Numbered from the whole stretch's first letter, positions 36,434 to 47,900 are shown. The stretch is 61,780 nucleotides of DNA, filler included, from 7 parts of 7 records of this genome joined end to end with filler, not necessarily neighbours in it; one strand, 5' to 3'. Notes: generated by a model not told the origin, from the sequence alone. Made by a program: numbers and translations.

Positions 36434-36927
36434 TCAGGCATCGTCAATGATCCAGCGCGCCGCCGCCCGGCCACTGAAAAGTGCGCCATGCGTCGTGCCC
36501 TTGTGGTCCCACCAGGCATGTTCCCCGGCGAACAGCAGGGTACCGTCCACCGGTTCGGCCAGGGTTTCCCAGTCGTCAGGCGAACTGCCGACCCTGATGT
36601 ATGAATAGGCCCCAAGCGCATTGGGGTCGCGGGACCAGCGTGTGGTGCGGAACGCAATCGGTTTCGGCACGCCTTCGCCAAAGGCGTCGCGCAGCACCTG
36701 CATCGCATCCGCCACCATCTCTGCATCCGACATGGCCTCCGCCACGTCCGGATAGGCCCCGACGGACAGGCCAACCAGGATATTCTGGTCCGTGAAGGTC
36801 CGGTAGTTCAGAAAATAGTTCCAGCGCCCCGGCGGTTCGGTGACAAGCCCGAAGTATTGCGTTTCCACCGGCCAGAACGGGGCGGCGAACTTCAGCGCGA
36901 TCTTGGTGACATTGCCCATGCCCATAC
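36434..36927 (-). CDS. Flavin monoamine/polyamine oxidase family, 3' part
   Basis: TRWSRDPNALGAYSY, LFAGEH, GTTHGALFSG. Confidence 0.85.
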
Positions 36928-37027
36928 NNNNNNNNNNNNNNNNNNNNNNNNNNNNNNNNNNNNNNNNNNNNTTAATTAATTAANNNNNNNNNNNNNNNNN
37001 NNNNNNNNNNNNNNNNNNNNNNNNNNN
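36928..37027. other. Artificial contig spacer
   Basis: N run with TTAATTAATTAA linker. Confidence 0.98.
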
Positions 37028-37877
37028 CATGGGGGCGCAACGCTGGATCAATCTTGGTTTCTTCCAGTTGCAACCATCCGAACTGATGAAAATCTCGCTT
37101 GTGCTGGCACTTGCGCGTTATTTCCACGGCCTGACTGTCGAAGAAGTGGGGCGCATTCCGCTTTTGATACCGCCACTTTTAATGGTTCTGGCTCCTGCGG
37201 CACTGGTGTTGCGTCAGCCTGATCTGGGTACTGCCCTATTGCTGATTGCCGGTGGCGGCGTCATCTTCTGGCTTGCCGGGGTTCGGATGTGGAAATTCGC
37301 CCTGATACTTGGCGCGGTTCTGGCAATCATTCCCATCGGCTGGCAGTTTCTGCGCGATTATCAGAAAAACCGCGTTCTGACGTTCCTGAACCCTGAAAAT
37401 GATCCGCTTGGCGCGGGCTACCACATTACCCAGTCAAAGATTGCCCTTGGGTCCGGCGGCCTGTTTGGCAAGGGTTATATGCTGGGATCGCAAAGCCATC
37501 TGAATTTCCTGCCGGAAAAACAGACCGACTTTATCTTTACCATGCTGGGTGAAGAGTTCGGACTGGTTGGCGGATTGGCGTTGCTGCTGCTTTATACCAT
37601 GGTAATCATGTATGGTTATGTGATTGCGCTTCGGTGCCGCAACCAGTTCGGTCGCCTTGTCGCAATCGGGATCACCTCGACCTTTTTCCTGTATGTCTTC
37701 ATCAACATCGCCATGGTGATGGGACTTATCCCTGTGGTCGGTGTTCCGTTGCCGCTGGTATCGTACGGCGGCACGGTGATGATGACCATTCTTGTCAGCT
37801 TTGGCCTTCTGATGAGTGTATCAATCCACCGCGATATACGGATTTCAAGACAGGGAAATGACGACGGCCGTCAATAG
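37028..37877 (+). CDS. rodA: Rod shape-determining peptidoglycan glycosyltransferase RodA, 3' part
   Basis: GAQRW, QPSELMK, QPDLGT, GAGYHITQSKIALGSGG, FLPEKQTDFIF, PLVSYGG. Confidence 0.93.
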
Positions 37878-37884
37878 CCCCAAC

Positions 37885-39333
37885 TCAGGTGCTGATCTGA
37901 TCGGCCAGATTGGCCAGATCGACAGGCATACAACGATTTCGCCCTGTTTCCTTGGCTTGATAAAGTGCGGCATCGACCAGCGAATAAAGAATGTCGGCAA
38001 CATCTGTGTTTTCGCGGGATTTCAGCAATGCAACGTTTTTGGCAACTTGCGCATCCAATTTGCCAGCCGTCCCCTGTGCAGGCAGTGATATCACCCCGAA
38101 ACTTGACGTGTAGTTCAAATGCTTGCCGCCGAAGGCAACAGCATCCTGTTCAACCGCGCTCCGAAGACGCTCTGCAAGGATAATGGCACCTTCCGCCCCC
38201 TCCCCCGGAAGAAGAACCGCAAATTCTTCCCCGCCCAGTCGGGCTGGTAAATCGATATCACGCAGGCTGTATCTCAAAAGCTTTGCCAGTGATACCAAAA
38301 CCGCATCTCCGGCCTGATGACCATAGGTGTCATTCAAAAGCTTGAACCTATCAATATCGAGCAAAATGATACTCATCGGCGTATCGCGACGCTTCCAGAT
38401 CGAAAGGTTTTCTTCAAGACGCATCATAAAAATGCGACGGTTGGCAAGACCGGTCAACGGATCTGTCGAAGCCAGCACTTCAAGCTTTCCCATGGCTTCA
38501 TTCAATGCGCGCGTCCGACTTTCAACCCGCGTTTCCAGATTGACATTTGCGTCCTGCAAATCATCACGCGCGCGCTGCAACTGCCCGATTTGCCCCCGTA
38601 TCATGCCAAAAAGCCCTACCGTAACCGAACTCAGCAATTGCACTTCATCGTCATGACGATACGTTGGCGGCATATCCAGCGACCGTTTAACATCCGACGG
38701 ATCGGAATTGACGATGTAATGCGCCAGCTTCACCAAGGGGCGCGAAAACACAAAATAACTAAGCGAGGCAAATACCACCGCCATGGTGGCCGCAAAAACC
38801 ATGTTGGCCAAAAACGACCAGGCAGACCGCGACATGAACGCAGTTACATAAACCTGGGGATTCAGGGCAACGACCAGTGTTCCCAAGGCATCGGCAGACG
38901 GGTTGTTTTCATTTTGAAGCGGGATTTCAAGCTGCTGCAAACCGCCAAACAACTTTTCCGCCCATCGCGAGGTTGGAATTTCCCCTACCGGACGTTTTCT
39001 TTGATAAAGAACGGAGCCATCGCCAAGCTGTATTTTGACACTGGAAATGGATCTTTGCAGCATCATGCCGCGCGCCATGACCTCGGCCAATGCTGCATCC
39101 TTTTTTGTCACCGCTTCGGCCGCCACAGGCAGGCTGCTATCAACAACACGCTCGTTGGCCTGCTGATAGACACCCTCAAGCCATTGATAGTCGGTGAAAA
39201 TCTGAAAAGCCGTGATAACAAAACCAAGTAGCATTGCGGCCAACAGGGAATATTTAAGCTGCCTTGTCGCAACAGAACTGCCAAGCTTCAGTCCAGACAG
39301 GTCCTGAACGGTATCCTTTCCTGTCTTAGACAC
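37885..39333 (-). CDS. Membrane diguanylate cyclase (TM - periplasmic domain - TM - HAMP-like/coiled coil - GGDEF)
   Basis: DPLTGLANRR, DIDRFKLLNDTYGH, RxxD I-site (RDID), GGEEF. Confidence 0.92.
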   Translation of the reverse strand: MSKTGKDTVQDLSGLKLGSSVATRQLKYSLLAAMLLGFVITAFQIFTDYQWLEGVYQQANERVVDSSLPVAAEAVTKKDAALAEVMARGMMLQRSISSVKIQLGDGSVLYQRKRPVGEIPTSRWAEKLFGGLQQLEIPLQNENNPSADALGTLVVALNPQVYVTAFMSRSAWSFLANMVFAATMAVVFASLSYFVFSRPLVKLAHYIVNSDPSDVKRSLDMPPTYRHDDEVQLLSSVTVGLFGMIRGQIGQLQRARDDLQDANVNLETRVESRTRALNEAMGKLEVLASTDPLTGLANRRIFMMRLEENLSIWKRRDTPMSIILLDIDRFKLLNDTYGHQAGDAVLVSLAKLLRYSLRDIDLPARLGGEEFAVLLPGEGAEGAIILAERLRSAVEQDAVAFGGKHLNYTSSFGVISLPAQGTAGKLDAQVAKNVALLKSRENTDVADILYSLVDAALYQAKETGRNRCMPVDLANLADQIST

Positions 39334-39363
39334 ACGGCACCCTTTCCATTAAAGCCAGTCCAA

Positions 39364-40512
39364 TCAGCGCGACGGTATTGGCCAATCACGTTCCTGCGCC
39401 GAATTCAGTTCCTCGATCCTGAACCGATAGTCCCTTTGTTCCGGATTGCTGACAAGGCTGAACTGTGAAAAATCAATCTTATTCCAGTCACGGTCGCCAA
39501 GAACCTGCTTGTAGGTCTCGAAATTATCCCGTGTAATTGCCTGCATTCCGAAAGATATTTCGGGATTTGTTGTCAGTTTTTCAATGCCTTCAAGGTAATC
39601 TTTTAGCAATACCATAATCCACGCACCCGCCAGAAAATGTCCGCCATGCGTCATCGTCATTTTGCCACTGGCAACATTTTCCAATCCTTCGGCGGACCAG
39701 TTCAAGCCGCCAACAAAGACATCCTTCCCGGGAACTTTTCCGAATTCTTCGATCGCCTTGATTGCACCAAGGGCGATACTGTCATTGGCAGCCCACACCG
39801 CATCCAGACAGCCACCTGTGGCAAGCCATTCCGCAGTCCTGCGATAGGCCTCCTCAAATGACCAATTGACCACAAGGCGACGCTGTTCACGAAGCAAGGG
39901 ATACTGTTCCAATGCCATATCAAGCCCCCGGAGCCGCTGCAGCGACGCCGGTGTCATGCTGTCCCCGGCCAAAGACAAAAGGCAAAGGTCTTTGCGCAAA
40001 CCGCCATTATGTGCGTCCTTTGCGGCAATAGCCAACGACTGGGCAATTTCAAATCCGGCACGCTCGTTATCAGGAACCAGCGTCGCAATCCAGAAGCCGA
40101 GTTCCCTGCCCGGTCGGCCAAATCGCTGCTTTTGTTCATCGGTGAGATCATTGAGCAGCATCAGAACCGGGATGCTGCGTTCCTGCGCCTCAAGAACGAT
40201 CCGGGTACCTTGCTGATGTTCATTAACCGCGATGATGTAATCGGGCGGGGGATTTATGGCAAAAACACGATTGGCGCTTTCGGCCATCTGTTTCCAGTCA
40301 CGGTCGCTGTCAAACACAACAAGATCAAAACCGAACTGATCGGCTGCGGCCTGCATGGTGTCGCGCACGTCTTTCCAGAAACCGCGATCACCATAACCCG
40401 GATTGATAAAAGCGATGCGCGGTTCGGAAACATTGTTCAGGTCACGCGCATCAACATGCATCGCGCCCCCCAAAATCGCGCACAGCGCAGCGATCCAGCT
40501 TACAAGTTTCAA
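39364..40512 (-). CDS. Periplasmic binding protein, sugar-binding type I fold
   Basis: Signal peptide, FINPG...FW, WAANDSIALGA, GGLNWS, GGHFLAGAW. Confidence 0.85.
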   Translation of the reverse strand: MKLVSWIAALCAILGGAMHVDARDLNNVSEPRIAFINPGYGDRGFWKDVRDTMQAAADQFGFDLVVFDSDRDWKQMAESANRVFAINPPPDYIIAVNEHQQGTRIVLEAQERSIPVLMLLNDLTDEQKQRFGRPGRELGFWIATLVPDNERAGFEIAQSLAIAAKDAHNGGLRKDLCLLSLAGDSMTPASLQRLRGLDMALEQYPLLREQRRLVVNWSFEEAYRRTAEWLATGGCLDAVWAANDSIALGAIKAIEEFGKVPGKDVFVGGLNWSAEGLENVASGKMTMTHGGHFLAGAWIMVLLKDYLEGIEKLTTNPEISFGMQAITRDNFETYKQVLGDRDWNKIDFSQFSLVSNPEQRDYRFRIEELNSAQERDWPIPSR

Positions 40513-40643
40513 AGACTATTCCCTCGACACCGGTCACAGGCCTTTCCCGCCGTGCAAAGGACGATGATCGCCTGTTTATTTTCAGTGTCGCCGCATTAAC
40601 CAATTATATCCGAAAGGTCAAATCAAGTTGGCCTACGGAAGGA

Positions 40644-41399
40644 TCAGATCGTCTGGGCGGCACCATCCAAACGCAACATGACTTCCTGCTGAACCGCACG
40701 GAAAAGCGCCGCATAATCCAGATTGACATAGTCAATCTGCCATTCGACAAGTTTGGCGAAAAGTTCCGCATTGGGCGTATCGATGAAAATCATCGTCTCA
40801 AGACCACGCGCCTTTGCTTCATGTATTGCGTCGCGCGTCACATTTTCCTCAAGAAATTCGAAAATATGTGCCTGTTCATGATGGATCGCCTGTTCTAGCG
40901 AACCGGCAATATGAAGCTGCACATTGCGCCGGATATCCGGTGCAATCCGGCGCAGGTCGTCACGAATGTCGGCAGAAAAAGAACTGACAAAAACATCGTT
41001 TCCGAAGGCAAAACCATCAAGCATGTCGACAACCCTGCCCGCATCTGCCTGCTTGATCTCGCAATATATTTTCACCCGCCCCTTTAGACGGCGCAGAAAG
41101 TCTTCAAGCCGCGGCACCGGCTCGCCTGCGAATGCCGGATTGAACCAAGAACCGGCATCCAGCCGGTCAATTTCCGCGCTGGTCATTTCCGCAATGGCAC
41201 CGGTGCCATCGGTTGTGCGGTCCACGGTTGCGTCATGAATGACATACAGAACTTCGTCGGCGGACTGGCGCACATCGAATTCGATATAGTCCGCCCCCGC
41301 CACAATCGCACTTTCGGCGCTGGCAAAGGTATTTTCCGGCGCATTAAGGCTGTCGCCACGGTGATAAACAAGTTGTACTGGCTTCACGGGACCCTCCAT
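40644..41399 (-). CDS. Glycerophosphodiester phosphodiesterase family protein (start may lie off the contig)
   Basis: HRG...PENT, EFDV, HDATVDRTT, LDAGSWF, EIK. Confidence 0.9.
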   Translation of the reverse strand: MEGPVKPVQLVYHRGDSLNAPENTFASAESAIVAGADYIEFDVRQSADEVLYVIHDATVDRTTDGTGAIAEMTSAEIDRLDAGSWFNPAFAGEPVPRLEDFLRRLKGRVKIYCEIKQADAGRVVDMLDGFAFGNDVFVSSFSADIRDDLRRIAPDIRRNVQLHIAGSLEQAIHHEQAHIFEFLEENVTRDAIHEAKARGLETMIFIDTPNAELFAKLVEWQIDYVNLDYAALFRAVQQEVMLRLDGAAQTI

Positions 41400-41406
41400 A
41401 TGGCTC

Positions 41407-41506
41407 NNNNNNNNNNNNNNNNNNNNNNNNNNNNNNNNNNNNNNNNNNNNTTAATTAATTAANNNNNNNNNNNNNNNNNNNNNNNNNNNNNNNNNNNNNN
41501 NNNNNN
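41407..41506. other. Artificial contig spacer
   Basis: N run with TTAATTAATTAA linker. Confidence 0.98.
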
Positions 41507-41507
41507 G

Positions 41508-41579
41508 GCGAAGGATCTCTCCGATCGCGGCGAGCTCGTGATCGGCGGTTCCGGTGGTGACGATCAGCTGGTGTACTGA
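41508..41579 (+). CDS. C-terminal fragment resembling FliG or a FliG-C domain protein
   Basis: Hand translation AKDLSDRGELVIGGSGGDDQLVY* resembles the alphaproteobacterial FliG C-terminus. Only 23 aa are visible. Confidence 0.55.
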   Translation, partial: AKDLSDRGELVIGGSGGDDQLVY

Positions 41580-41602
41580 TCGGACGGCGCGCATATGATG
41601 AC

Positions 41603-41938
41603 ATGGCGTTTGATTTAGAGCATTTCCGGGAACAGTTGCTTGCCCGGCGCGTTGAGCTGCAAGCGGTGATGGATTCGGCTTCGGACTCGGCCAAACCTGT
41701 CGAGTTGGATCAAACCCGGGTTGGACGCCTTTCTCGTATGGATGCATTGCAGGGACAGGCCATGGCCAAGGAAACGGAACGGCGGCGCGGGGTGGAACTG
41801 CAACGCATTGCTTCCGCTCTTGCCCGGATCGAGGATGAGGATTTCGGTTACTGCGTTACCTGTGGTGAAGAAATTCCGCTGAAACGTCTGGAACTCGATC
41901 CGGCCGTTACCACCTGCATTGCATGCGCCAACAAATGA
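41603..41938 (+). CDS. TraR/DksA C4-type zinc-finger protein
   Basis: LDQTRVGRLSRMDA, FGYCVTCGEEI...RL...CIAC. Confidence 0.9.
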   Translation: MAFDLEHFREQLLARRVELQAVMDSASDSAKPVELDQTRVGRLSRMDALQGQAMAKETERRRGVELQRIASALARIEDEDFGYCVTCGEEIPLKRLELDPAVTTCIACANK

Positions 41939-41981
41939 TCCGGCTTGCGGCGCGGACGCGCCGTTGGCACTCTCCGCCCCC

Positions 41982-43046
41982 ATGAACGATATGAGCACGA
42001 GCGGAGACGGGTTTCTCCGCGATATCTGGTATTTTGCCGTGCCGTCATCCGCGTTGAAGCCGGGTGAGGTCATGGCCAAGACGCTGCTTGGTGAGCCGGT
42101 GGTCCTGGCCCGTCAGGCGGACGGCAAAGCCTATGCCTTGCGGGATATCTGTCCGCACCGGGGTATCCCCCTTTCCGACGGCCGGATGGTCGGCGATGAG
42201 GTGGAATGCTGCTATCACGGATGGCGCTTTAATTGTGAGGGCACCTGCACGCTGATCCCCTCGATCACCACGGAGCAGGATTTCGATTCGACCCGGATCA
42301 AGGTGCGCAATTATCCGCTGATCGAGCGGCATGGCGGTCTCTGGATTTTCATGGGCCGGCCGGATGCGAAGAATACCACTGCCGGACTGCCTGACCCGGG
42401 TCTGCCGGAAATACCGGATTTCGCGGACAAGCCGAACATCTCCGTCAGCATGGATTTTCCCTGCCATATCGATCATGCGGTGATCGGTTTGATGGATCCC
42501 GCGCACGGCCCGTATGTGCACAAGAGCATCTTCTGGCGTGACGAGAAAAGTATGCATGACAAGGCCAAGGATTTCGGCCCGTCCCCCTTCGGCTTCGCCA
42601 TGAAACGGCACCCGCCTTCGAAGAATGCGGCCGCCTACAAGATTCTCGGTGGTGGCATTTTCACTGAAATCCGGTTTCGTCTGCCGGGTGTGCGGATCGA
42701 GCATATCGAGGCGGGACGCCATCACCTCTGCAACCTGACCTGTGTGACGCCGATCGGCCCGATGCAGACCGAAGTGCATCACATGGTCTACTGGACCATG
42801 CCCTGGCTGACCCCGTTGAAGCCGCTTCTGGTGCCGTTCGTGAAGCGTTTCCTAGGGCAGGATCGGGACGTGGTCGTGAAGCAGCAGCGCGGGCTCGCTT
42901 TCAACCCGCAGCTCATGCTGATCAACGATTCTGATATTCAGGCGAAGTGGTATTTCCGTCTGAAGAAGTCCTATGACGCCTGGCGCAAGGATGGCGGCGA
43001 CTTCGATAATCCGGTGCGTGATACGGTCCTGCGCTGGCGTAGTTGA
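41982..43046 (+). CDS. Rieske non-heme iron oxygenase alpha subunit (VanA-like)
   Basis: Rieske motif CPHRG...CCYHGW and mononuclear iron motif DPAHGPYVH. Confidence 0.9.
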   Translation: MNDMSTSGDGFLRDIWYFAVPSSALKPGEVMAKTLLGEPVVLARQADGKAYALRDICPHRGIPLSDGRMVGDEVECCYHGWRFNCEGTCTLIPSITTEQDFDSTRIKVRNYPLIERHGGLWIFMGRPDAKNTTAGLPDPGLPEIPDFADKPNISVSMDFPCHIDHAVIGLMDPAHGPYVHKSIFWRDEKSMHDKAKDFGPSPFGFAMKRHPPSKNAAAYKILGGGIFTEIRFRLPGVRIEHIEAGRHHLCNLTCVTPIGPMQTEVHHMVYWTMPWLTPLKPLLVPFVKRFLGQDRDVVVKQQRGLAFNPQLMLINDSDIQAKWYFRLKKSYDAWRKDGGDFDNPVRDTVLRWRS

Positions 43047-43116
43047 TGCCTGCCAGTTGACGTGACTGGGGTGGCGGAGCAGCATGGGGCTCCTGTTGCT
43101 TACCCGGACGGAAATA

Positions 43117-43728
43117 ATGGCAAAGATCGAAACGGTCGAGGCTCTGCGTGAAATTTATCGGCCTGCAAATGGACGCGCGGTCGATAAAGAACTGAGCGCA
43201 CTTGATCCGCATTGCAAACGCTTCATTGAGTTCTCGCCCTTCCTGCTTTTGGCGACCCATAACGCTGACGGCGTGGTCGATATTACACCGCGCGGTGACG
43301 GTCCGGGGTTTGTCGCGGTTCCGGACAGCAATACCATTATTATTCCGGACCGGCCGGGTAACAATCGGCTGGATTCACTGACGAATATTCTTTCGAATCC
43401 GACATGCTCGGTGATTTTCCTGATCCCCGGTGTGGACGAAACCCTGCGCATTCGAGGCACTGCGGAGATTCGCGACGATGCGGATCTGCTGGCCGGTTTC
43501 GAGATCCAGAAACGGCTACCGGCGACTGTTCTGAAGATCAATGTCAATCGTGCTTTCTTGCATTGCGCCAAGGCGCTGATGCGTTCCCGGCTGTGGGATC
43601 CAGAGGCACAGATCGAGCGTACGACGCTGCCGACGCTGGGCAAGATGATCATGGATCAGCTGGGACGTAAGGATGATGGTGAAACCCAGGAGCAAATGGT
43701 CGAGCGTTACAAGGATTTGCTCTACTAA
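43117..43728 (+). CDS. Pyridoxamine 5'-phosphate oxidase-like FMN-binding protein (MSMEG_1061-type)
   Basis: PRGDGPGF, PDRPGNNRLDS, HCAKALMRSRLW. Confidence 0.88.
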   Translation: MAKIETVEALREIYRPANGRAVDKELSALDPHCKRFIEFSPFLLLATHNADGVVDITPRGDGPGFVAVPDSNTIIIPDRPGNNRLDSLTNILSNPTCSVIFLIPGVDETLRIRGTAEIRDDADLLAGFEIQKRLPATVLKINVNRAFLHCAKALMRSRLWDPEAQIERTTLPTLGKMIMDQLGRKDDGETQEQMVERYKDLLY

Positions 43729-43761
43729 ATCACAAGCTCCACTCGTCATCCTAAGTTCAAT

Positions 43762-43843
43762 CGTCATCCCGACGAAGGTCGGGAGCTATGGATGACGTGC
43801 GTCGTCCTATGATCAGTGGACTCCGACCTGGCGTCGGGGGACG
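43762..43843. repeat. Alphaproteobacterial REP/RPE-like palindromic element between convergent genes
   Basis: CGTCATCCCGACGAAGGTCGGGAGC...GGACTCCGACCTGGCGTCGGGGGACG, two inverted hairpin halves. Confidence 0.65.
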
Positions 43844-43847
43844 GCTT

Positions 43848-44762
43848 CTATCCTGACGCGCCCTCCAGAGCCGGTTTCTCCATCTGAAACAGCCGCGCCA
43901 GCTCATCCATCATGGCGCGGACACGGGGCAGGGTGCGCAGGTCGCGGTGTACCAGCATCCACTGGTCGGCGATCACGTCTTCCAGAACCGGCGTGGCCCG
44001 GACCAGGTTCGGGTCCGCATCGCCGATGAAGCAGGGCAGAACGGTGACCCCGGCACCGGCGCTCACTGCGAGATGCAGGCTGTTGCCATTATTCGCACGC
44101 ACGACCGGGCTGCGGTTGCCGAGCGTTTGCCGCATCCAGGCTTGCCCCGGCATATAATGATGCTCCTCGTCGAAGCCGATCCAGGGTAGATAGGCCAGAG
44201 AGCTGTTCAACTCATCTGCATCCCTCCCGGTTCCGCCTATCTGGCCGACCAGCTGCGGAGTACCATAGACGGCATAATGGAACCGGCCGATCCGGCGGGT
44301 GACCAGGTCCGCTGCATCCGGTACCACTTCACGGATCGAGATATCCGCCTCCCGCCGGGACAGGTTGGCCATCATATGCGTGACATGCAGCTCAATCTCG
44401 ATTTCCGGCAACCTGTCGCGCAGTTTGGCAAGGTGCTGGGTCAGGAATTGCATCATGTGCTCGCCGACCGAGACCCGGACCGTGCCGCGCGCCGTGTCCG
44501 ACAGGCCGAGACTGCGGCGCTCGATGGCCTGCGCCGCATCATCCATCGCCTGTACGTCGGCCAGTAATTGTTCGGCGGCGGGGGTCAGCACATAGCCGTC
44601 CGGCAGCCTGTCGAAAAGCCGGGCGCCGATGGCGTCCTCCAGCGACTTCACGCGCCGGGCCACGGTCGGATGGCTCACATTGAGCGCCTTCGCGGCCGCC
44701 GTCAGGCTCCGCTCGCGCGCAAGGGTCAGAAATACCCGGTAATCGTCCCAATCGGTCAGCAT
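43848..44762 (-). CDS. LysR family transcriptional regulator
   Basis: SLTAAAKALNVSHPTVARRVKSLE...LFDR, NLSRREADISIR. Confidence 0.93.
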   Translation of the reverse strand: MLTDWDDYRVFLTLARERSLTAAAKALNVSHPTVARRVKSLEDAIGARLFDRLPDGYVLTPAAEQLLADVQAMDDAAQAIERRSLGLSDTARGTVRVSVGEHMMQFLTQHLAKLRDRLPEIEIELHVTHMMANLSRREADISIREVVPDAADLVTRRIGRFHYAVYGTPQLVGQIGGTGRDADELNSSLAYLPWIGFDEEHHYMPGQAWMRQTLGNRSPVVRANNGNSLHLAVSAGAGVTVLPCFIGDADPNLVRATPVLEDVIADQWMLVHRDLRTLPRVRAMMDELARLFQMEKPALEGASG

Positions 44763-44916
44763 GGCGCTACCTTAATGCGAATGGATCGCAAGGTGGCAGT
44801 ACAAAATTGTTCGCTGCGATGCAAAATTTGTCCAAACCCGGAATATTATCTTTCGGATATTCTGATTGCGATTGGGATAAGGACCAGCGGGTCCCGGCCA
44901 TCGAGGGGAAGACACC

Positions 44917-47900
44917 ATGCATTTCGAAACCAGATTATGGCAGTTCACCGAAGGGGTTCGTGGCCGGATTAGCTGGGCGATCCTGATCGGATTGCTCGGT
45001 GTCAGCCTCGGTGTTGCCCGGCTCGGCCTGTTGGGGTGGCTGATCGGCCGGATCTTCTCTGGCGATAGTCTGGAAGACCTCTGGCCCTCGATTGCCGGGA
45101 TCGCGTTGGTGATGATCGCCCGCGGCTGGGTCGAGCAATGGCGCAACATGGTGGCGCACGAGACGGCGGCCAAGGTGCAGGTCAGCCTGCGCCGGAAGGT
45201 CTATGACAAGCTGGCCAGCCTTGGTCCCGCCTATGTCGGCCGGGAACGCTCCGGTGCCATCACGCTCGCCCTGACCGATGCCGTGGACCGGCTGGAGGTT
45301 TATTTCGGCCAGTACTTGCCGCAACTCGCGGTCTCCCTGCTGGCGCCGTTGCTGATCTTCGCTTTTGTGGCCTGGATCGATCTGCCGGTGGCACTGGTCA
45401 TGCTGGTCTTCGCGCTGCTTGCGGTGTTCGCGCCGGCGCTGTGGCACAGCTCGAACGAGCGCAGCGCACGCCGCCGTCAGGAGGCTTACTCTTCCTTTGC
45501 TGCCGAATTCCTGGATTCGCTGCAAGGCCTCGCCACGCTGAAGGCTTTCGGCCAGAGCAAGGCGCGGGGCGACACGCTTGAAGTGAAGGCGCGGGAAGTG
45601 TTCCGCAGCACCATGTGGGTGTTGAGCGGCAACGTGCTTGCCCGAGGCATCACCGACAGCTCCATTGCTTGCGGTGCGGCTGCTGCACTCGGTCTTGGAG
45701 CGTATCGGGTGACTGAGGGCCATCTTGAGCTGACCTCCCTGCTGGTCATCATGATGCTTGGCGTCGAGGTGTTCCGGCCAATGCGGGAGCTGCGCAATGT
45801 GCTGCATGAAGGCATGGTCGGGCTGTCCGCCGCCAAGGGCATCTATCGGGTGCTGGATGGTGAGCCGGATGTGGAAGACGCTGTTGCGTCTAGTACTGTG
45901 CCGCTTGAGGCGTCCATTACCTTCGAGGATGTCGGCTTCCACTATCCGGGAGCGCCGCGCACCGTGCATGACGGGCTCAGCTTTGCCGTGAAGCCGGGAG
46001 AGCGGATCGGTCTCGTCGGCCCGAGCGGCTGCGGCAAGAGTTCGGTCGTCCGCCTGCTGCTGCGGTTCTTCGATCCGACCGAGGGACGCATCCTGCTCGG
46101 CGGCAAGCCGCTCGATGCGCTGTCCTTCGAACAGATCCGCTCGATGATCTCGGTGGTCAATCAGGACACTTTCCTGTTCCACGGCACGGTGGAGGAAAAT
46201 ATCCGCATGGGCCGGCCCGAGGCGGATCACGCCTCCGTGGTTTCAGCCGCTCAAGCCGCCAATATTCATGACTTCATCGAAGGCCTGCCCGAGGGCTATC
46301 AGACAGTAATCGGCGAGCGCGGGATCAAGCTCTCCGGCGGCCAACGGCAGCGCATGGCGATTGCTCGTGCCCTGCTGCGCGACACGCCGATCCTGATTCT
46401 CGATGAGGCCCTGTCAGCGGTGGATGCGGAGAACGAAGCAGTTATCCAGGACGCGCTTAACCGGTTGATGAAGGGGCGGACCACGCTGGTTCTGGCGCAC
46501 CGGCTTTCCAGCGTCATCGATTGCGACCGCATTCTGGTGCTGAACGAGGGCAAGGTGGCCGAGGAAGGCCCCCACAGCGCGCTGATGAAGGCTGGCGGGC
46601 TCTATGCCGGGCTAATGGCCGAACAGGCCCGCGAGGCGGAGGCCGCCGACGCGGCGGAGCCGGTGGTGCGGGATGCGGCGGCGAAACCGGCGGTGGAAAG
46701 TCTTGCCGACGTTCCCGGCGGCGCCATGCAGGCGCCGACCGAAGGCATCATCAAGGCCGAGGGACTGACCTGGACGCAGGTTGTCACCGAACTGATGAAA
46801 GTCATCATGCCGTGGAAAGGCAAACTGGTGCTCACCTTCCTCTTCGGCGTGCTCCGGGTGCTCGGCTTTATCGGTGTCGGCGTGCTCAGCGCCTTTGTGG
46901 TGCTGGCCCTGAAGAATGGCACGGATTTCACACCCTATCTCTGGGGGCTGGCGGTGGTCGCGCCGTTGTCGGGTGTGCTGCACTGGCTGGAATCCTGGCT
47001 CGCCCATGACATGGCGTTCCGGCTGCTGGCCGAAATGCGGATCGATACCTTCCGCAAGCTGGATGCGCTTGCACCGGCCTATCTCGTCCGGCGGCGCACT
47101 GGCGATCTGATGACGCTGGTCACCCACGATATCGAACTGGTCGAGTATTTCTTCGCCCACACAGTGGCGCCGGCCTTTGTCGCCATTCTGGTGCCGGCTG
47201 GCGTGCTGGTCTGGCTCGGCATGGAAAACCCGGTGCTGGCCTTTACACTTCTGCCGTTCCTTGTTGCCGTCGGTCTCAGCCCGTTCCTGATGCGCGGCCG
47301 GGTCGATACGCTCGGCTCGGAAGCCCGGGAGGCGTCCGGTGAGCTTGGCGCCTTCGCGGTGGACAGCGTGCAGGGCCTCGGTGAGATCGTCGCTTTTCAG
47401 CAGGAGACATCGCGTGGGGACAAGCTGGACGCACTCGGCCAGCGCCATATCGATCTGCGCCTGCCGTTCTTCCGGGAGCTGACCGCGCAACAGAGCCTGC
47501 TCGAAGCCCTGACCGGACTTGGCGGTCTGGCTGTGGTGGTCGCTGGTGCCTGGCTGACGGCGGCAGGTGTGATCCAGGCGGGCGTTCTGCCGCTGCTCAC
47601 CATCCTTGCCATGGCGGCTTTCCTGCCGGTCTCCGAGATCGCGCAGATCGGCCGTCAGCTCGCCGATACGCTGGGTTCGACCCGGCGGGTCTATGCCCTG
47701 AATAATGAGCCTGTGCCGGTGACGGACGGTCCGGGCGGTCCCGATCAGTCCGGGTCGGTGTCGATTACGCTGGAAGACGTTGATTTCCGCTATCCGGGGC
47801 AGAGCCGCCGGGCCATCCGGGACTTCAGTCTGAAAATCCCGGCGGGCAAGACGGTGGCGCTGGTCGGCACGTCCGGCGCGGGCAAGACCACGCTGGCCCA

